A stretch of 64,000 nt of DNA from an uncultured Gemmatimonadales bacterium (GCA_963809895.1 CAWELD010000003.1:3264001-3328000), one strand, 5' to 3'; positions 49,263-60,653 are shown, counted from the first letter of the stretch. Numbers and translations: made by a program. Notes: generated by a model not told the origin, from the letters alone.

Positions 49263-49718
49263 ATGAGACACACCACGCTAGCGACCTGCATCACTGTCCT
49301 TTCCCTCTGCGGCTGTGATCCCTTCACCGGCCCGACGGAGACGCGTGTGCTGGGCATAGTGGCGACGAGCGACGAGGGAATCGAGCTTCCCGAGCCCAAT
49401 CCCAACAGCTGGATTGTACAGGGGCGCGAAGTCAGAGTGGTGATCACGACCGTGGGCGCCTGCAAGGTGACGCGTGCAGACTGGCAGGTGACCCAACGCG
49501 AGGACTATCTCGGAGGCGGACTCGTGTTCATCCTGCCGTACGAATACCGGTCCACCAGTTGTCCGTCGTCTCCGGAGCGCTATCGCAGGGTTGCGCTCTT
49601 CACCGATACGCTCGACATCCGGTTCATGACGGCGCTGGAGGCAACCGTGCGCGTCGTCAGCGCGAACGGCTCCGTGTTCGACATGGCACTCGACTTCCTG
49701 CATCCAACCCAGCCCTGA
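49263..49718 (+). CDS. hypothetical lipoprotein
   Basis: LCGC lipobox. Confidence 0.6.
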   Translation: MRHTTLATCITVLSLCGCDPFTGPTETRVLGIVATSDEGIELPEPNPNSWIVQGREVRVVITTVGACKVTRADWQVTQREDYLGGGLVFILPYEYRSTSCPSSPERYRRVALFTDTLDIRFMTALEATVRVVSANGSVFDMALDFLHPTQP

Positions 49719-50068
49719 TGGCCAGCGCCGCCGCGCCCCTTCCCGAGCCTGCCGGATCGAAGCCGCGGGCCGAAGAATCGTCGACCCCCGACCTCCTGCT
49801 TCGACTCGAGGACATCGAGGACGAAGCGGCCGGGCAGGCCCGGGCACGCCGGAGCTGGAGCCGCTTCCTGGGCGTGAAGATCCCGATCTTCGGGGCGCTC
49901 CTGTACGTGTCGGGGCGCTACGATCTCCTGCCGATCGCGGCGCTCATGGTGCTGGGCGCGGGCTACGGCCTCGTGCGACGCTGGCTCCGGCTTCGTGCAC
50001 TGCGAGTGGAGCACGAGGAGGTGGTCAGGCGGCTGGAGGCGAGGGGGACGCGCAGGGACGATGGGTGA
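49718..50068 (+). CDS. small membrane protein
   Basis: 2 TM; TGATG coupling to the upstream gene. Confidence 0.65.
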   Translation: MASAAAPLPEPAGSKPRAEESSTPDLLLRLEDIEDEAAGQARARRSWSRFLGVKIPIFGALLYVSGRYDLLPIAALMVLGAGYGLVRRWLRLRALRVEHEEVVRRLEARGTRRDDG

Positions 50069-50576
50069 CCCAAGGCACAGACGGCGCAACTTCCGGTGGC
50101 TTACGATGACGCTGCTCGTTGGCGTCCCTTCGACCACCATCTCGGCCTCCGCATCAGCTCAGGAGGCTCCCGCGGCGTCTCATGCTGCAACCGGTGCTCG
50201 TAGCTGCGTCATTCCCAGGATCCTGGGGAGCGCCGCGGGCTTGCTCGCGGGTGGATACCTCGGAGCGACGCTCGAGCGCGCCGCGTACGGATCGAATCCG
50301 GACGCTGGCCTCACCGGCGCGGCGGTGGGGGCCGTGTTCGGGGCAATCGTCGGAGACCAATTGGTGAAGCGTGCGTGCGCGAGACCCGCTCCCGCCTCCC
50401 CCGACCGACTTCCCGATCGCCAGTGTTACCTCGATCGGTCGTACGGCCGTTTGCCATGGCGCATCGTTTGGGACCCGGCGAAACGAGCCTTCGTCGAGAG
50501 CTCCTCTGGAACGGCTGGTGGCTCGCGGCCGCCGAGGTCACCCGGCAGAGAGAACTGCCGCCCCCTCACACAATAA
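50061..50576 (+). CDS. secreted glycine-zipper-like protein
   Basis: Signal peptide; GSAAGLLAGGYLG and GAAVGAVFGAIVG. Confidence 0.55.
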   Translation: MGDPRHRRRNFRWLTMTLLVGVPSTTISASASAQEAPAASHAATGARSCVIPRILGSAAGLLAGGYLGATLERAAYGSNPDAGLTGAAVGAVFGAIVGDQLVKRACARPAPASPDRLPDRQCYLDRSYGRLPWRIVWDPAKRAFVESSSGTAGGSRPPRSPGRENCRPLTQ

Positions 50577-50592
50577 GGAGTGATCCAGGGCC

Positions 50593-51000
50593 ATGATCTT
50601 CGCACGGCGTGTCTTTCTGATCGCGGGTCTGTACGGCATCGCCTCACTGGCCCCCATGTACTTCCTCGAGGCCAGGCTGGGCCGAGACTTTCCGCCGCCG
50701 ATCAGCCATCCCGAGCACTACTACGGGTTCGTCGGGGTCGCTCTGGCGTGGCAGATCCTGTTCCTCGTACTCTCGCGCGATCCCGTCCGCTACCGCCCGA
50801 TGATGATCCCCGCGATCCTCGAGAAGCTCTCCTTCGGGATCGCGGTGTGGGTGCTCTTCGCTCAGGGCCGCCTCGCACCGCTCATGCTCGGCCCGGGATC
50901 CATTGACCTGGTGCTGGCGGTGTTCTTCGTGCTGGCGTTCTGGCGGACGCGGGCAGGAGCACCGTCACCAGGGCCCGGCGTCACGCGCCGAGCAACGTGA
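50593..51000 (+). CDS. conserved membrane protein
   Basis: FARRVFLIAGLYG, HPEHYYGFVGVALAWQ, DPVRYRPMM. Confidence 0.85.
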   Translation: MIFARRVFLIAGLYGIASLAPMYFLEARLGRDFPPPISHPEHYYGFVGVALAWQILFLVLSRDPVRYRPMMIPAILEKLSFGIAVWVLFAQGRLAPLMLGPGSIDLVLAVFFVLAFWRTRAGAPSPGPGVTRRAT

Positions 51001-51010
51001 ATCGCGAGCC

Positions 51011-51960
51011 ATGACTCCCCTGCACCCAGTCTCGCGGGTCGTCGCGGGCGCCCTCCTGTTGCTGGCCCTCTGGTTCGTCATCAAGGACAACCGTCCGCCG
51101 CCACCGGAAACCACCTTCACCAGGATCTACTACGCACCCGCAGAAGGCGCCCCTCCCGGTTGGGCTCCCGGTCCACTCTCGTCCGCCACACTCGTGGACA
51201 CGGCGGCAATGACGCCTCTCATCCACCTCGCCATCGCGAGGCGGCTCCTCGAGACCGAGCCGATCGCGACGATCGATCGGCCGCGCAGTCGTGCGCGTCC
51301 TCCCGAACGGGCTTCCAGACAGCATCCGTGTCTTCAGCGTCTACCACCTCGGTGACATCGACGAGTCGGTGGCCGCCGCGGATCTGGGCGAGATCCTGGC
51401 GCGGGGGCTCTATGAGCCTGGCGCACCCGGGCTCTATCGCATCCACGTCCGATATGCGGTCGAGTCGTCCGACCCGACTCTGGCCCGACAGGAGCAGTGC
51501 CCGCCACGGAGGCGATCCAAACGGCGATGGAGTGGGCCTGGGTCGAACTGCCGCCCAAGGTCTGGGCCATGGCGCCTCGCGCCGCCGGCTTGTGGACAGT
51601 CGACGGCGATACACTCTTCCTGCCAGACCGTCTGTCGGGAATGACCATCGCACACGACATGATCGGATCACCTCAGTGTGAAAGAGCACTTCGCAGGTGG
51701 CGTGATGGCGCGAGGTCCCGGTGGCTCGACTCCCTGAACGCTGCAGCGCCTGGCCCGTCCCCGAGGGGTTGGCCGTAGAGACGCTGCGAGCCTTCGCCGG
51801 AGAGGCGAGGTCACGGACGTTCCGGGTGAAGCTCGAGCTATATGCGCGCTCTCGTGCCAGGATTCGCGTGGGAATTCGCGACCACCGATGGACATACATG
51901 GCGAGTGATCTGCCTCCCCTCGCGACCTTGCGAAGCGCGTTTCACCATCGGACCGATCTA
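51011..51960 (+). CDS. membrane-anchored hypothetical protein (several frameshifts; end uncertain)
   Basis: Protein-like segments continue through frames 50903, 51291, 51497 and 51721. Confidence 0.45.
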
Positions 51961-52048
51961 TTAACGCTGTGCCTCTGGCCTGGGCCGTCATCCTCTCGTC
52001 GGCGCCGTTCTCCACGCCCAATCCGAACACGACGTCGACCTCGAACGG

Positions 52049-53104
52049 GTGACGCGGGACTCCTTGGTCGCCGAAGCGGTCCTCTCCATCGGGCAGGTCG
52101 GCGGGGACCGATACGAACTCTTCCGCGTGAGAGACGCCCGCTTCACTCCTGACGGCAGCATCGTCGTCGCCGACGGCGGCACGAACGAGATCCGGATCTT
52201 CGATGGGGACGGCACCTTCGTCCGGTCCCTCGGTGGCACGGGCCAGGGCCCAGGCGAGTTCATGCAGCTGTCGGCGATCTTCCCGAGTTCTGGGGATTCC
52301 GTCGTGGCATGGGACGCCGGATTGCGGCGAGCCTCCGTCTTCTCACTCGGCGGTGGATTCGGACGAACCATACGACTCGATCCCGCCTTGGCCGGGGCTC
52401 GATTGGCTGGCGTCACGGGGACCGGGCACCTGCTGGTGATCGACATGCGCTACGACGGCGCTGGAGATGGAGAGGTCACGCGCCTGAGAGAGGAACGATT
52501 CCTCTACGATGCCGACGGGCAACGGGTCGATAGCCTGGGTTCCGCGCCTGGCATGTTGGGAGCCGTGCGCACGATGGGGAGCGGCATGTGGCTGCGCCCC
52601 GCCCTCTTCAGACTGTCGACGAACTACGCCGTGGCCGGGGATCTCCTCTGGATCCAACGGAGCGATCTCGCTGGCTTGGAGGTTCAGCACATCGGGCGGG
52701 ACGGCCTTGCCGCGATCACATGGCGCGAACCTAGGATTGCCACGACCGAGGAGCATGCCTCCGCGTTCATATCAGAGCGCCTCAGAGGCATGACCGATCC
52801 TGATCAACGACGCGCGATGCGGCGCGATTTCGAGACCCGTCCCAGACCGGACTCCCTTCCGACCACGACCGATGTGGTGGCCGACGCCAGCGGCGCGGCG
52901 TGGGTGGCACGGTTCCTTCCACCCGGCAGTGGAGACTACGTCGAGTGGGTGGTGATCCGCGCCTCGGGCGATGTCCTGCGACGCGTTCGCATCCCTCGAG
53001 ACATGGAATTGCTCGACGTCCGGGAAGACCGGCTTCTCGTGCTCCAGCGCGACGCCCTGGATCTCGAGTACGTGCGAGTGTACGCCCTGGCCGGCAGTCT
53101 CTGA
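52049..53104 (+). CDS. 6-bladed beta-propeller (N-terminus probably frameshifted, start may be near 51898)
   Basis: LSIGQVGGDRYELFRV; GGTGQGPGEF; RDALDLEYVRVY. Confidence 0.85.
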   Translation: MTRDSLVAEAVLSIGQVGGDRYELFRVRDARFTPDGSIVVADGGTNEIRIFDGDGTFVRSLGGTGQGPGEFMQLSAIFPSSGDSVVAWDAGLRRASVFSLGGGFGRTIRLDPALAGARLAGVTGTGHLLVIDMRYDGAGDGEVTRLREERFLYDADGQRVDSLGSAPGMLGAVRTMGSGMWLRPALFRLSTNYAVAGDLLWIQRSDLAGLEVQHIGRDGLAAITWREPRIATTEEHASAFISERLRGMTDPDQRRAMRRDFETRPRPDSLPTTTDVVADASGAAWVARFLPPGSGDYVEWVVIRASGDVLRRVRIPRDMELLDVREDRLLVLQRDALDLEYVRVYALAGSL

Positions 53105-53215
53105 CCTTCGGTTTCGGTCCCCCCACCCGCGACACCCTGGCGCGTCAGACGCGATATAGTGTAGGGTGCGACACTCGGACCCCGCCCCGACGCCTCTGCC
53201 AAGCAAGGAACCCCG

Positions 53216-53791
53216 TTGACCCTCGCGCACGCTGCACCACGCCGTCGCCGCCGTCCAATCATCCTCGCGATGCTCGCCCCGCTTCTCGCCGCCTGCGCCT
53301 CCGGCGGCTCCAGCGCGCCACCGGCTCCCGACGTCGCGCCCTGCCCGGGCTATGAGTCGATGGAGCCCGAGCTGCTCCCACTCGGGCGCGAGAAGGAGCC
53401 GGGCCTCTTCGGTCCGCGCTACGTCGACCCCGGGGCGGTCGCTCCGCTGATGGAGCGGGAGCTGACGCGAGGCCAGGTGACGGAGACCGGAAGGGTTACA
53501 GTGCGGATCCAGGTGTCGGTCACGGGCTCCATCGAGTCACGGGAGATCATCTCGAACACGGCGGGCAACAAGCTGGGAAGAGCTGCCATGGACATCGCCC
53601 GTCAACTGAAGTTCCATCCCGCCGAACGAGCCGGGTGCGCGATCCCCTCACTGGTGGACTTCGAGCTCGCGACTGGGGCGAGGCGCCTGACCCATGATTC
53701 AACTCGCCCCGCTGCTCCTGCTCGTCGCCGCTCAGCCCGTGCCGGCCGAGGACACTGTCTGGAACAGCGGCGAGGGAACGCCCGTCATTGA
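53216..53791 (+). CDS. TonB C-terminal-domain lipoprotein
   Basis: LAAC lipobox; GRVTVRIQVSVTGSI...LGRAAMDIARQLKFHPA; true stop probably near 53690. Confidence 0.75.
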   Translation: MTLAHAAPRRRRRPIILAMLAPLLAACASGGSSAPPAPDVAPCPGYESMEPELLPLGREKEPGLFGPRYVDPGAVAPLMERELTRGQVTETGRVTVRIQVSVTGSIESREIISNTAGNKLGRAAMDIARQLKFHPAERAGCAIPSLVDFELATGARRLTHDSTRPAAPARRRSARAGRGHCLEQRRGNARH

Positions 53792-54836
53792 GCGCCCGTC
53801 GATCCCGACGATCTGGAAGAGCCCGCAGCTCGGCAACCCGACGACCATGGCGAAGTTGGGATCCCGACTCGTCATCGGCGATGGAGACCGGGTGCACATC
53901 ATCGAGCGCACGACACCGCACGGCCCCACCATCGGACGCCGGGGCGAAGGACCGGGCGAGTTCTCTCGCATCACAGCGGTGGGCACGATGGGTGACACGA
54001 TCGTCGTGCTCGATACGGGCAACCGCCGCTTCAGCCTGCTCGACTCCACCGGGGCGTCATTCGCCACCTTTCCGCTCCGACTTGCCAGGTTCATCAACCC
54101 GACGCGCCTTCGCATGACGCTCAGGATCTACCACGGCCGCGTCCTGTTCACGGCCGGGGAGCAGATCCACACAAACAGCCCCCAGCGGAAGGCACTCGCG
54201 GCACAACCGCTGAAGCCCCGTTCAGACGCCGAGGTGATCGATGATTGGACCGACGTCCAGTGGAAGGACTTCGGATCCTTCATGGGTCCGGGGACCGCAT
54301 TGGGCTCGCAGTGATCGTCGCCGCGGGTCCCGGCGGCGCCTATGTAGCAGGCGACGGTCAGGGATACTGCTTCACGCTGGTCCATCTCGACGGCCCCTCG
54401 ATCGACGTGTGCCGCGAGTGGGAGCGGCGGAAGGTCACGCGAACGATGCGTGACTCCGACCTCAGCGACCTCGAGGTTCAGCCCGAGCCCAGGATACCTG
54501 GCGGGAACCAAGAACATGCTCCGGGACCTCGAGGTGCCGGACGAGTTCCCCAGCTACTGGCAACTCCTGCCCACCGAGGATGGTGGCGTGTGGGTCGAGG
54601 CCGAGAAGGAGGAGTATCCCGAGATCCACCCGGCGCTGATCAACATCGACCCCGACGTTCGTTCCACGGTGAAGCGGTGGGAGGAGTTCACGGCATCCGG
54701 CGAGCTGACGCGAACGATCCTGCTCCCCGCCGACTTCAGTCCACTGGTGATCGAGGGCGACTACGTCGCGGGACTTCTCAGGATTCCCACCGGCGAGATC
54801 GTCATCGGAGCTCTCCAGGATATCGGCGGTGGGTGA
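53694..54836 (+). CDS. 6-bladed beta-propeller (two frameshifts)
   Basis: GRRGEGPGEF; segments in frames 53694, 54245 and 54450. Confidence 0.75.
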
Positions 54837-54957
54837 TGAAGGGCCGCAGACTCCGCTCGGGGTTTGCACGCCGCCGGGACCCGACAGCGGACATTCCCCC
54901 ACGACGTATGGCTCGCTGACCCCCGCCCCACATCCCCCGGAATCCTCCGAGGCCACC

Positions 54958-55864
54958 ATGGTCGAGACCAAGACGCCTTCACGCGCCCGCGCTCACCGGT
55001 CCAGAGGCGCCACGTCGCTGAGTTGGATCCTGCTCGTGGTCGGCCTCGCTCTGATCGCCACGATCGCGTTGGCCCTGCGGACTCGAACGGCGACGCGCGA
55101 AGCCGCCCAGTCCGCCAACGAGGCGTCCGCCGAATGCTGGCCCCGTCACGGTACCGCCGGAGGTGATGGAGAACTTCGAGAACATCCCGGCTGAGACCTG
55201 GAATCGGGTCGGCACCACGGGAGCCCGGATGCCCATCAACGTCGGCGACGAGGACGCGACCGACGAGGGCAAGGCCGTGGTGCTCTACATCGGCGCCGGC
55301 TACTGCCCGTACTGCGCTGCCGCCCGCTGGTCCATGATCGCGGCGCTCTCACGCTTCGGTGAATTCTCGGGCCTCACCTACTCGACGTCGTCGAGCATGG
55401 ACGTGTATCCGAGCAGCCCCACCTTCTCGTTCTACGGCGCCACCTACTCCAGCGACTACCTCGAGCTGCAGAGCGTCGAGCTGGCCAGTGAGGTGATGAT
55501 GCCCAACGGCCGCTATGCGCCGCTCGAGAACCCGAGCGACGATCAGGTGGCCCTGCTGCAGAAGTACGATGGTCCACCGTACATCGACGAGCAGTCCGCG
55601 GGCGGCATCCCCTTCATCCTGGTCGGTGGCAAGTACATGTGGAGCGGATCTCCCTTCTCGCCCCAGGTGCTCGCCAACCAGACGCAGCCCGAGATCGCGG
55701 CGACGCTTCCCGGGGGCTCCGGTCCCGCGGCACGCGCCATCCTGGCAAACGCGCTCGTGTTCACGGCGACCGTGTGCTCGGTGAACGGTGGCCAGCCCAC
55801 CGAGGTCTGCTCGGACCCGGCGGTGCAGCAAGCGATGGAGGCGCTCCCGAGCGAGACTCCGTGA
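54958..55864 (+). CDS. DUF929 family thioredoxin-fold membrane-anchored protein (indel near 55130-55160)
   Basis: N-terminal [47 protein letters not shown]-terminal Cys pair. Confidence 0.85.
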
Positions 55865-56310
55865 GCCGTCGGACCTGGCGGGACGGCGCCCGGCTGGCCC
55901 TCTCCGCAGCGGGATTGCTGATCTCGGCCTACCTCACGCTCCTGCACTACGACAGCGACGTGCCGCTGGTTTGCTCCGCCGGATCGTACGTCGATTGCGA
56001 GACCGTGCTTAGCAGCAGCGCCTCCATGGTCCTGGGGCTGCCGGTGGCACTCTGGGGATTCCTCTGGTTTGCGGTGGCCTTCCTGTTCGCCGTACTGTCC
56101 GTTCGTGCCCGGCCCCGTGGCGAGCCGCCCCCCTTCGCCACATCCGGGCTCCTGTGGACTCTGATCGGCACCGCCACGGTCCTATGGCTCATCTATCAGG
56201 AAGTCGGCGTGATCGGAAAGCTGTGCGCCTGGTGCACGGCCGTTCACGTGCTGGTGCTGGCCATGCTCGTGGTCCAGGTGACGGGGGAGCCGGCCGAACG
56301 CAGCCCGTAG
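55861..56310 (+). CDS. vitamin K epoxide reductase (VKOR) family protein
   Basis: SAYLT, loop Cys pair C...[21 protein letters not shown] active site. Confidence 0.92.
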   Translation: MSRRTWRDGARLALSAAGLLISAYLTLLHYDSDVPLVCSAGSYVDCETVLSSSASMVLGLPVALWGFLWFAVAFLFAVLSVRARPRGEPPPFATSGLLWTLIGTATVLWLIYQEVGVIGKLCAWCTAVHVLVLAMLVVQVTGEPAERSP

Positions 56311-56339
56311 CCCCTGCGGCGGCGGGCGGCACAGCCCGC

Positions 56340-57590
56340 ATGAGGCGAGGCGCCTTCGCAGGGCTCGCACTCGGGGTCTCGATTCTCGGGGGATGCCAGG
56401 CCGGCGCGGAAAGCGCGCCGAACGAAGCCTCGGTCACCGACAGCGCCGGCGTGAGCATCGTCCGCAACACGGCGGGTGACCGAACGCTCGCGGTGACCGA
56501 GGTCCTGCGGATGGGCGTGGTCGAAGGGGATCCCAACCTGCTGTTCCACAGGGTGCGGTCGTTGGCGGTCACGCCGGCCGGCGACATCTGGGTCGCCGAT
56601 TCGAATGAGAGCGTCCGTCACTACTCCTCCGCGGGAGCCTATGTGGGCAGCGTGGGCAGGCAGGGCGAGGGGCCCGGCGAAGCGTCGCGGGGATACGGAG
56701 CCGTCTGGGTGGGCGAGGGCTTCGTGGGAGCGCTCGCCGCTGGAGCGGACATCCAGGTCTTCTCGTTCGACGGGACCTACCGGACCTCGCGGCCTTCGCG
56801 CACCGCCTCGGGCTCGTTCACGATCCCGCTCGCCCCTCGGGGGCACGGCTGGACGTTGCACCTTCTGGGGTTCGAACCTGTGAGCGAATCCCGAGCGCAG
56901 CGGACCTGGACCATTGCGGCCGGCGGACTCGGTGACGGGCCGGTCGACACATTGCTCGAACTCCCCGGCGAGGCCATGACGGGGATGGGCGCCGAGTGGA
57001 CGCGGAACTCGTATTTCGAAGGGCGACCTTCTCTCGCGGCGGACGAGGAGGGTGACGTCTACGTTTCCGATCCCCGGGAGTACCGAATCGAGTACTACGA
57101 TGCCTCGGGCGACTTGAAGCGCATCGTGCAGCGTGACGTCGCACCCGCGCCGTATCCGACGGGGCTCGAAGACGCGGTGGCCGAGGGGATCCGCGCCGAG
57201 TGGGGAGCACGCGGACAGCCCTCGGACGAGAACATGGTCCAGCGCATGGTCGCCCGCGCCCTCCCATCCGACCCACCGGAGCACCTGCCCTTCCTGCAAT
57301 CCCTCTTCGTGTCGAGAGACGGGTACCTCTGGGCCCTGCGCGCGGACCTGCATCCGCGACCCGCGATGCGAGCGGTGGCCGGGGCGTTCGGCTTCATACG
57401 CTCAGTGTGGCCCGAGGCATGGCGGGCGCCCGTGCATTTCGACCTCTTCACCCCAGAGGGCCACTACCGCGGTAGCGTGGAGCTCCCCTCCGAGTTCGTC
57501 CCGCTCACGGTCACCCGGGGCCGCGTCTACGGCACCGAGTTCGACGAGCTGGAGGTGGAGCGGGTGGTGGCGTACGAGATCCGACCGTGA
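56340..57590 (+). CDS. 6-bladed beta-propeller lipoprotein
   Basis: LGGC lipobox; VTDSAGVSIVRN; GRQGEGPGE; DELEVERVVAYEI. Confidence 0.87.
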   Translation: MRRGAFAGLALGVSILGGCQAGAESAPNEASVTDSAGVSIVRNTAGDRTLAVTEVLRMGVVEGDPNLLFHRVRSLAVTPAGDIWVADSNESVRHYSSAGAYVGSVGRQGEGPGEASRGYGAVWVGEGFVGALAAGADIQVFSFDGTYRTSRPSRTASGSFTIPLAPRGHGWTLHLLGFEPVSESRAQRTWTIAAGGLGDGPVDTLLELPGEAMTGMGAEWTRNSYFEGRPSLAADEEGDVYVSDPREYRIEYYDASGDLKRIVQRDVAPAPYPTGLEDAVAEGIRAEWGARGQPSDENMVQRMVARALPSDPPEHLPFLQSLFVSRDGYLWALRADLHPRPAMRAVAGAFGFIRSVWPEAWRAPVHFDLFTPEGHYRGSVELPSEFVPLTVTRGRVYGTEFDELEVERVVAYEIRP

Positions 57591-57609
57591 TGACGCGCGG
57601 GGACGAGCC

Positions 57610-58272
57610 GTGAAGGTGGTCCTCGTCGGAGCCAGCGGCATGATCGGCGGCGGCGTGCTCACCGAGTGCCTTGCGGATCCGCGTGTCGAGGCCGTGACCT
57701 GCCTCGTGCGGCGACCCCTGGGGAGGGAGGATCCCAAGGTGCGCGAGGTGATCGTGCCCGACCTCTTCGACCTCGCCTCGCACCGCGATGAGCTCGACCC
57801 CTTCGACGCCTGCTTCTACTGCCTCGGCGTCTCGTCGGCGGGCATGTCCGAGTCCGACTATCGACGGATCACCTACGACCTCACACTCGCCGTCGTGGAA
57901 GTGCTGGCTGAGGTCAATCCCCACATGACGATCTGCTTCGTGTCCGGCCAGGGCACCGACAGCAGCGAGAAGGGCCGCGTGATGTGGGCGCGGGTGAAGG
58001 GGGCGGCGGAGAATGCTCTGATCGCCCGCGAGTTCACCACGTATCTCTTCCGACCCGGCCTCATCCAGCCCATGAAAGGCGCCCGCTCGAGAACCCGGCT
58101 GTACAACGCGTTCTACGCGCTCCTCACGCCGGCGTGGCCCATCCTCCGCCGTCTCTTCCCGGGCTCGATCACCACCACCGAGCGCATGGGCCGCGCCATG
58201 ATCCGGGCAGCGATCGACGGCTGCGAAAAGCAGGTTCTGGAGACCAGAGATATCAACCAGCTCGGGAGCTGA
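57610..58272 (+). CDS. NAD(P)-binding Rossmann protein (atypical SDR/epimerase)
   Basis: GASGMIG, FYCLGVSSAG, MWARVKGAAEN. Confidence 0.9.
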   Translation: MKVVLVGASGMIGGGVLTECLADPRVEAVTCLVRRPLGREDPKVREVIVPDLFDLASHRDELDPFDACFYCLGVSSAGMSESDYRRITYDLTLAVVEVLAEVNPHMTICFVSGQGTDSSEKGRVMWARVKGAAENALIAREFTTYLFRPGLIQPMKGARSRTRLYNAFYALLTPAWPILRRLFPGSITTTERMGRAMIRAAIDGCEKQVLETRDINQLGS

Positions 58273-58275
58273 CTC

Positions 58276-59453
58276 ATGCCCCGCACCATCGCGGCCCTCG
58301 CCATCGTCACCATCCTCGCAGCCTGCGAGCCGTCCTCTCCGGAGAACCAGGCGGCCACCTACGAAGAGCTGCCGGAGCTCCCGGTCGAAGTGACGGCCGT
58401 GATCGGAGGCGCGGCTGCCACCGGGCCAGCTGCACTCGGCCTCGTCCGGGACGTCGCCCTGTTGCATGACGCGGATCGGCTCGCAGTCGCGGACTGGGAC
58501 TCCCAGGAGATCCGTGTCTTCGACCTCCGCGGCCAGTACGTGGAAACGCTCGGTCGACGAGGGGAGGGCCCGGGAGAGTTCAAGGCACTGGGCCATGTGG
58601 CGAGCTTTCCCGGCGGGGCGGTCGTCGGGTGGGACGAAGGCGCGCGCAGGGTGACGATGTTCCTGGACGATGGCTTGGCCACCATCGAGCCCGATCTCTC
58701 GGTGTTCCCCCAGCGGGGCCCAGCGTTCCTGGGACTCTGGCCCGACACCACGCTCGTCCTTCGTCTGGACCTGAACACCCAGCTGCTCAGAGGCCACCCC
58801 GCCGGGCCGATCGTGGACACGGTGCGCGTCGCGCGATTCAATCGCCAGGGACAGGTCATCGGGACGCCCGATACGGTGGTGGGGCCCACGCAGACCTTCT
58901 TCGACAATGGTCAGTTCTGGGGCATGGACAGAGCCATCCTCGGGGCAACACTCCATTCGACGATGGGCGGCAATCTGTTGGTCGTGAGCCACGGGAGAGA
59001 ACTCGGCCCTGCGCGTGCACCGCTACGACGGCGAGGTTACCCGCGTGGAGGTCCCTCTTCCGACCCCGACACCCACCAAGGACCAGATCGACGCCGAGCG
59101 CGAGCAACGCATGGCGTCGGTTCGCGCGCCGCGGATCCCCGGCTCCGACCTGGAAGCCCAGATGCGCGAGATCATCGGCAGATCTGCCGTCCGCCGCCAC
59201 CATACCGGCTTTCGACGACCTGGCGAGCGGCCCCACCGGCGCGTTGTGGGTCCGGCGCTACCTGATGCCGGGCGACTCCATCGCCCACTGGCTGCTCCGT
59301 GACCCCGGCGGTGCGTGGCGCGGTCACGTCTCGCTCCCCGCGGACGAACGATTCATGTCGGGCACGTCGACCCATCTGGTCACCGTGGGCCGCGACGAGC
59401 TCAACGCGTCCGTGGTGCGTGTGTACTCGGTGGGGGCGCCGGGCGCGCCGTGA
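58276..59453 (+). CDS. 6-bladed beta-propeller lipoprotein (frameshifts near 59010 and 59190)
   Basis: LAAC lipobox; GRRGEGPGEF; RDELNASVVRVY. Confidence 0.82.
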
Positions 59454-59986
59454 ATCGACGACGGCATCCCCGGGGCCTCAACGCCGCTCCTTTGATCGCA
59501 GCCGCGGCGAGTCTCTCGCTCGTGGCGTGTGGGCGCGGCGCGGTGGACCCCCAAACCGTCAGCAGGGTGAGCGACGATTCCGGTCTCGTCTTCGAGGTCG
59601 AACGCGAAGCCAGGCGGGCGAGCGACAGCCTCGTCTGGGTCGGCAGGATCATCAACGAGTCCCCGGCGCCCGTCGAGCTGCGGTTCGGATTCTGCGCGCT
59701 CGATGTGCGGGCGTGGAAGGTCGACACCGATGGGCCCGTCTGGCGATCGGAGGACCGGCAGTCGTATCCGCCTGTCGGTATCCGGTACTGTCCACACCAA
59801 CTCACGATCGCGACGCTCGAGGCGGGCGACTCCATTCGGCCCCGCGAGTTTCGGCTCACAGTGCCCGTGATGGAAATCCTGGGCGACAGTCTGGCTGAAG
59901 GCCTCTATCGTTTCCGGGGTCGAATCCAGCTCATCAACCGTGAAGTGCCCTGGATTCCTCTCGGTGAGGCGACGCTGAAACGATGA
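59450..59986 (+). CDS. hypothetical lipoprotein (Ig-like beta-sandwich?)
   Basis: LVAC lipobox; GFC..., EILGDSLAEGLYRF. Confidence 0.7.
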   Translation: MNRRRHPRGLNAAPLIAAAASLSLVACGRGAVDPQTVSRVSDDSGLVFEVEREARRASDSLVWVGRIINESPAPVELRFGFCALDVRAWKVDTDGPVWRSEDRQSYPPVGIRYCPHQLTIATLEAGDSIRPREFRLTVPVMEILGDSLAEGLYRFRGRIQLINREVPWIPLGEATLKR

Positions 59987-60207
59987 CGCGCGTGCACCGG
60001 AATCCCCAGAACGATGCAGAAGCAGGTTCATGGCGTCAGCCGCTCGTGTATGACATCCTGAGTCCGGACGGTCGCTTGGTGGGTCGCGTGGAATTGCCAT
60101 TCGGGGTCGAGCCGAGAGCAGCCCGCGGACGCGTGTTGTGGGCTCTCGCCCGGGGTGAGCTCGGCGAGCCTCAACTGGTCAAGTTCCGTCTGGGACCGGC
60201 GGGCTGA
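59983..60207 (+). pseudogene. isolated C-terminal fragment of a 6-bladed beta-propeller
   Basis: YDILSPDGRLVGRVELP...RGELGEPQLVKFRL matches the C-termini of paralogs in this window. Confidence 0.7.
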
Positions 60208-60249
60208 CACCCGCGCCCCCCAACTCACAGCGCGAAAGGACCGGACCGC

Positions 60250-60552
60250 ATGTACGGCCTCATCGGAAAGATCATGGTCACCGAAGGACGGCGGCAGGAG
60301 CTCGCCGACATTCTCATGTCGGGGGTCGGGGGGATGCCAGGCTGCCTGAGTTACGTCGTCGCCGAGGACCCGAGCGACGACAACGCGCTCTGGGTGACCG
60401 AGGTGTGGGACTCGGAAGAGAGCCATCAGGCCTCGTTGTCGCTTCCCTCGGTCCAGGAGGCGATCCGCAAGGGGCGCCCGTTCATCGAGGGATTCGGGGA
60501 GCGCTTCGTGACCAAGCCCCTGGGGGGCTATGGGCTGGAAGGCAGCAGGTAA
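60250..60552 (+). CDS. ABM family (putative quinol) monooxygenase
   Basis: MYGLIGK, MPGCLSYVVA, WVTEVWDSEESHQASL. Confidence 0.92.
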   Translation: MYGLIGKIMVTEGRRQELADILMSGVGGMPGCLSYVVAEDPSDDNALWVTEVWDSEESHQASLSLPSVQEAIRKGRPFIEGFGERFVTKPLGGYGLEGSR

Positions 60553-60653
60553 GCGGGGGCGGGCGTGATCGATCCATGGGCAAACGGGGCGAGATTCTCA
60601 AGGGAAGCTCGGCCGCCCGGTTGGTGTGGGTGGCGAACGTGCTGATGCTCGTT

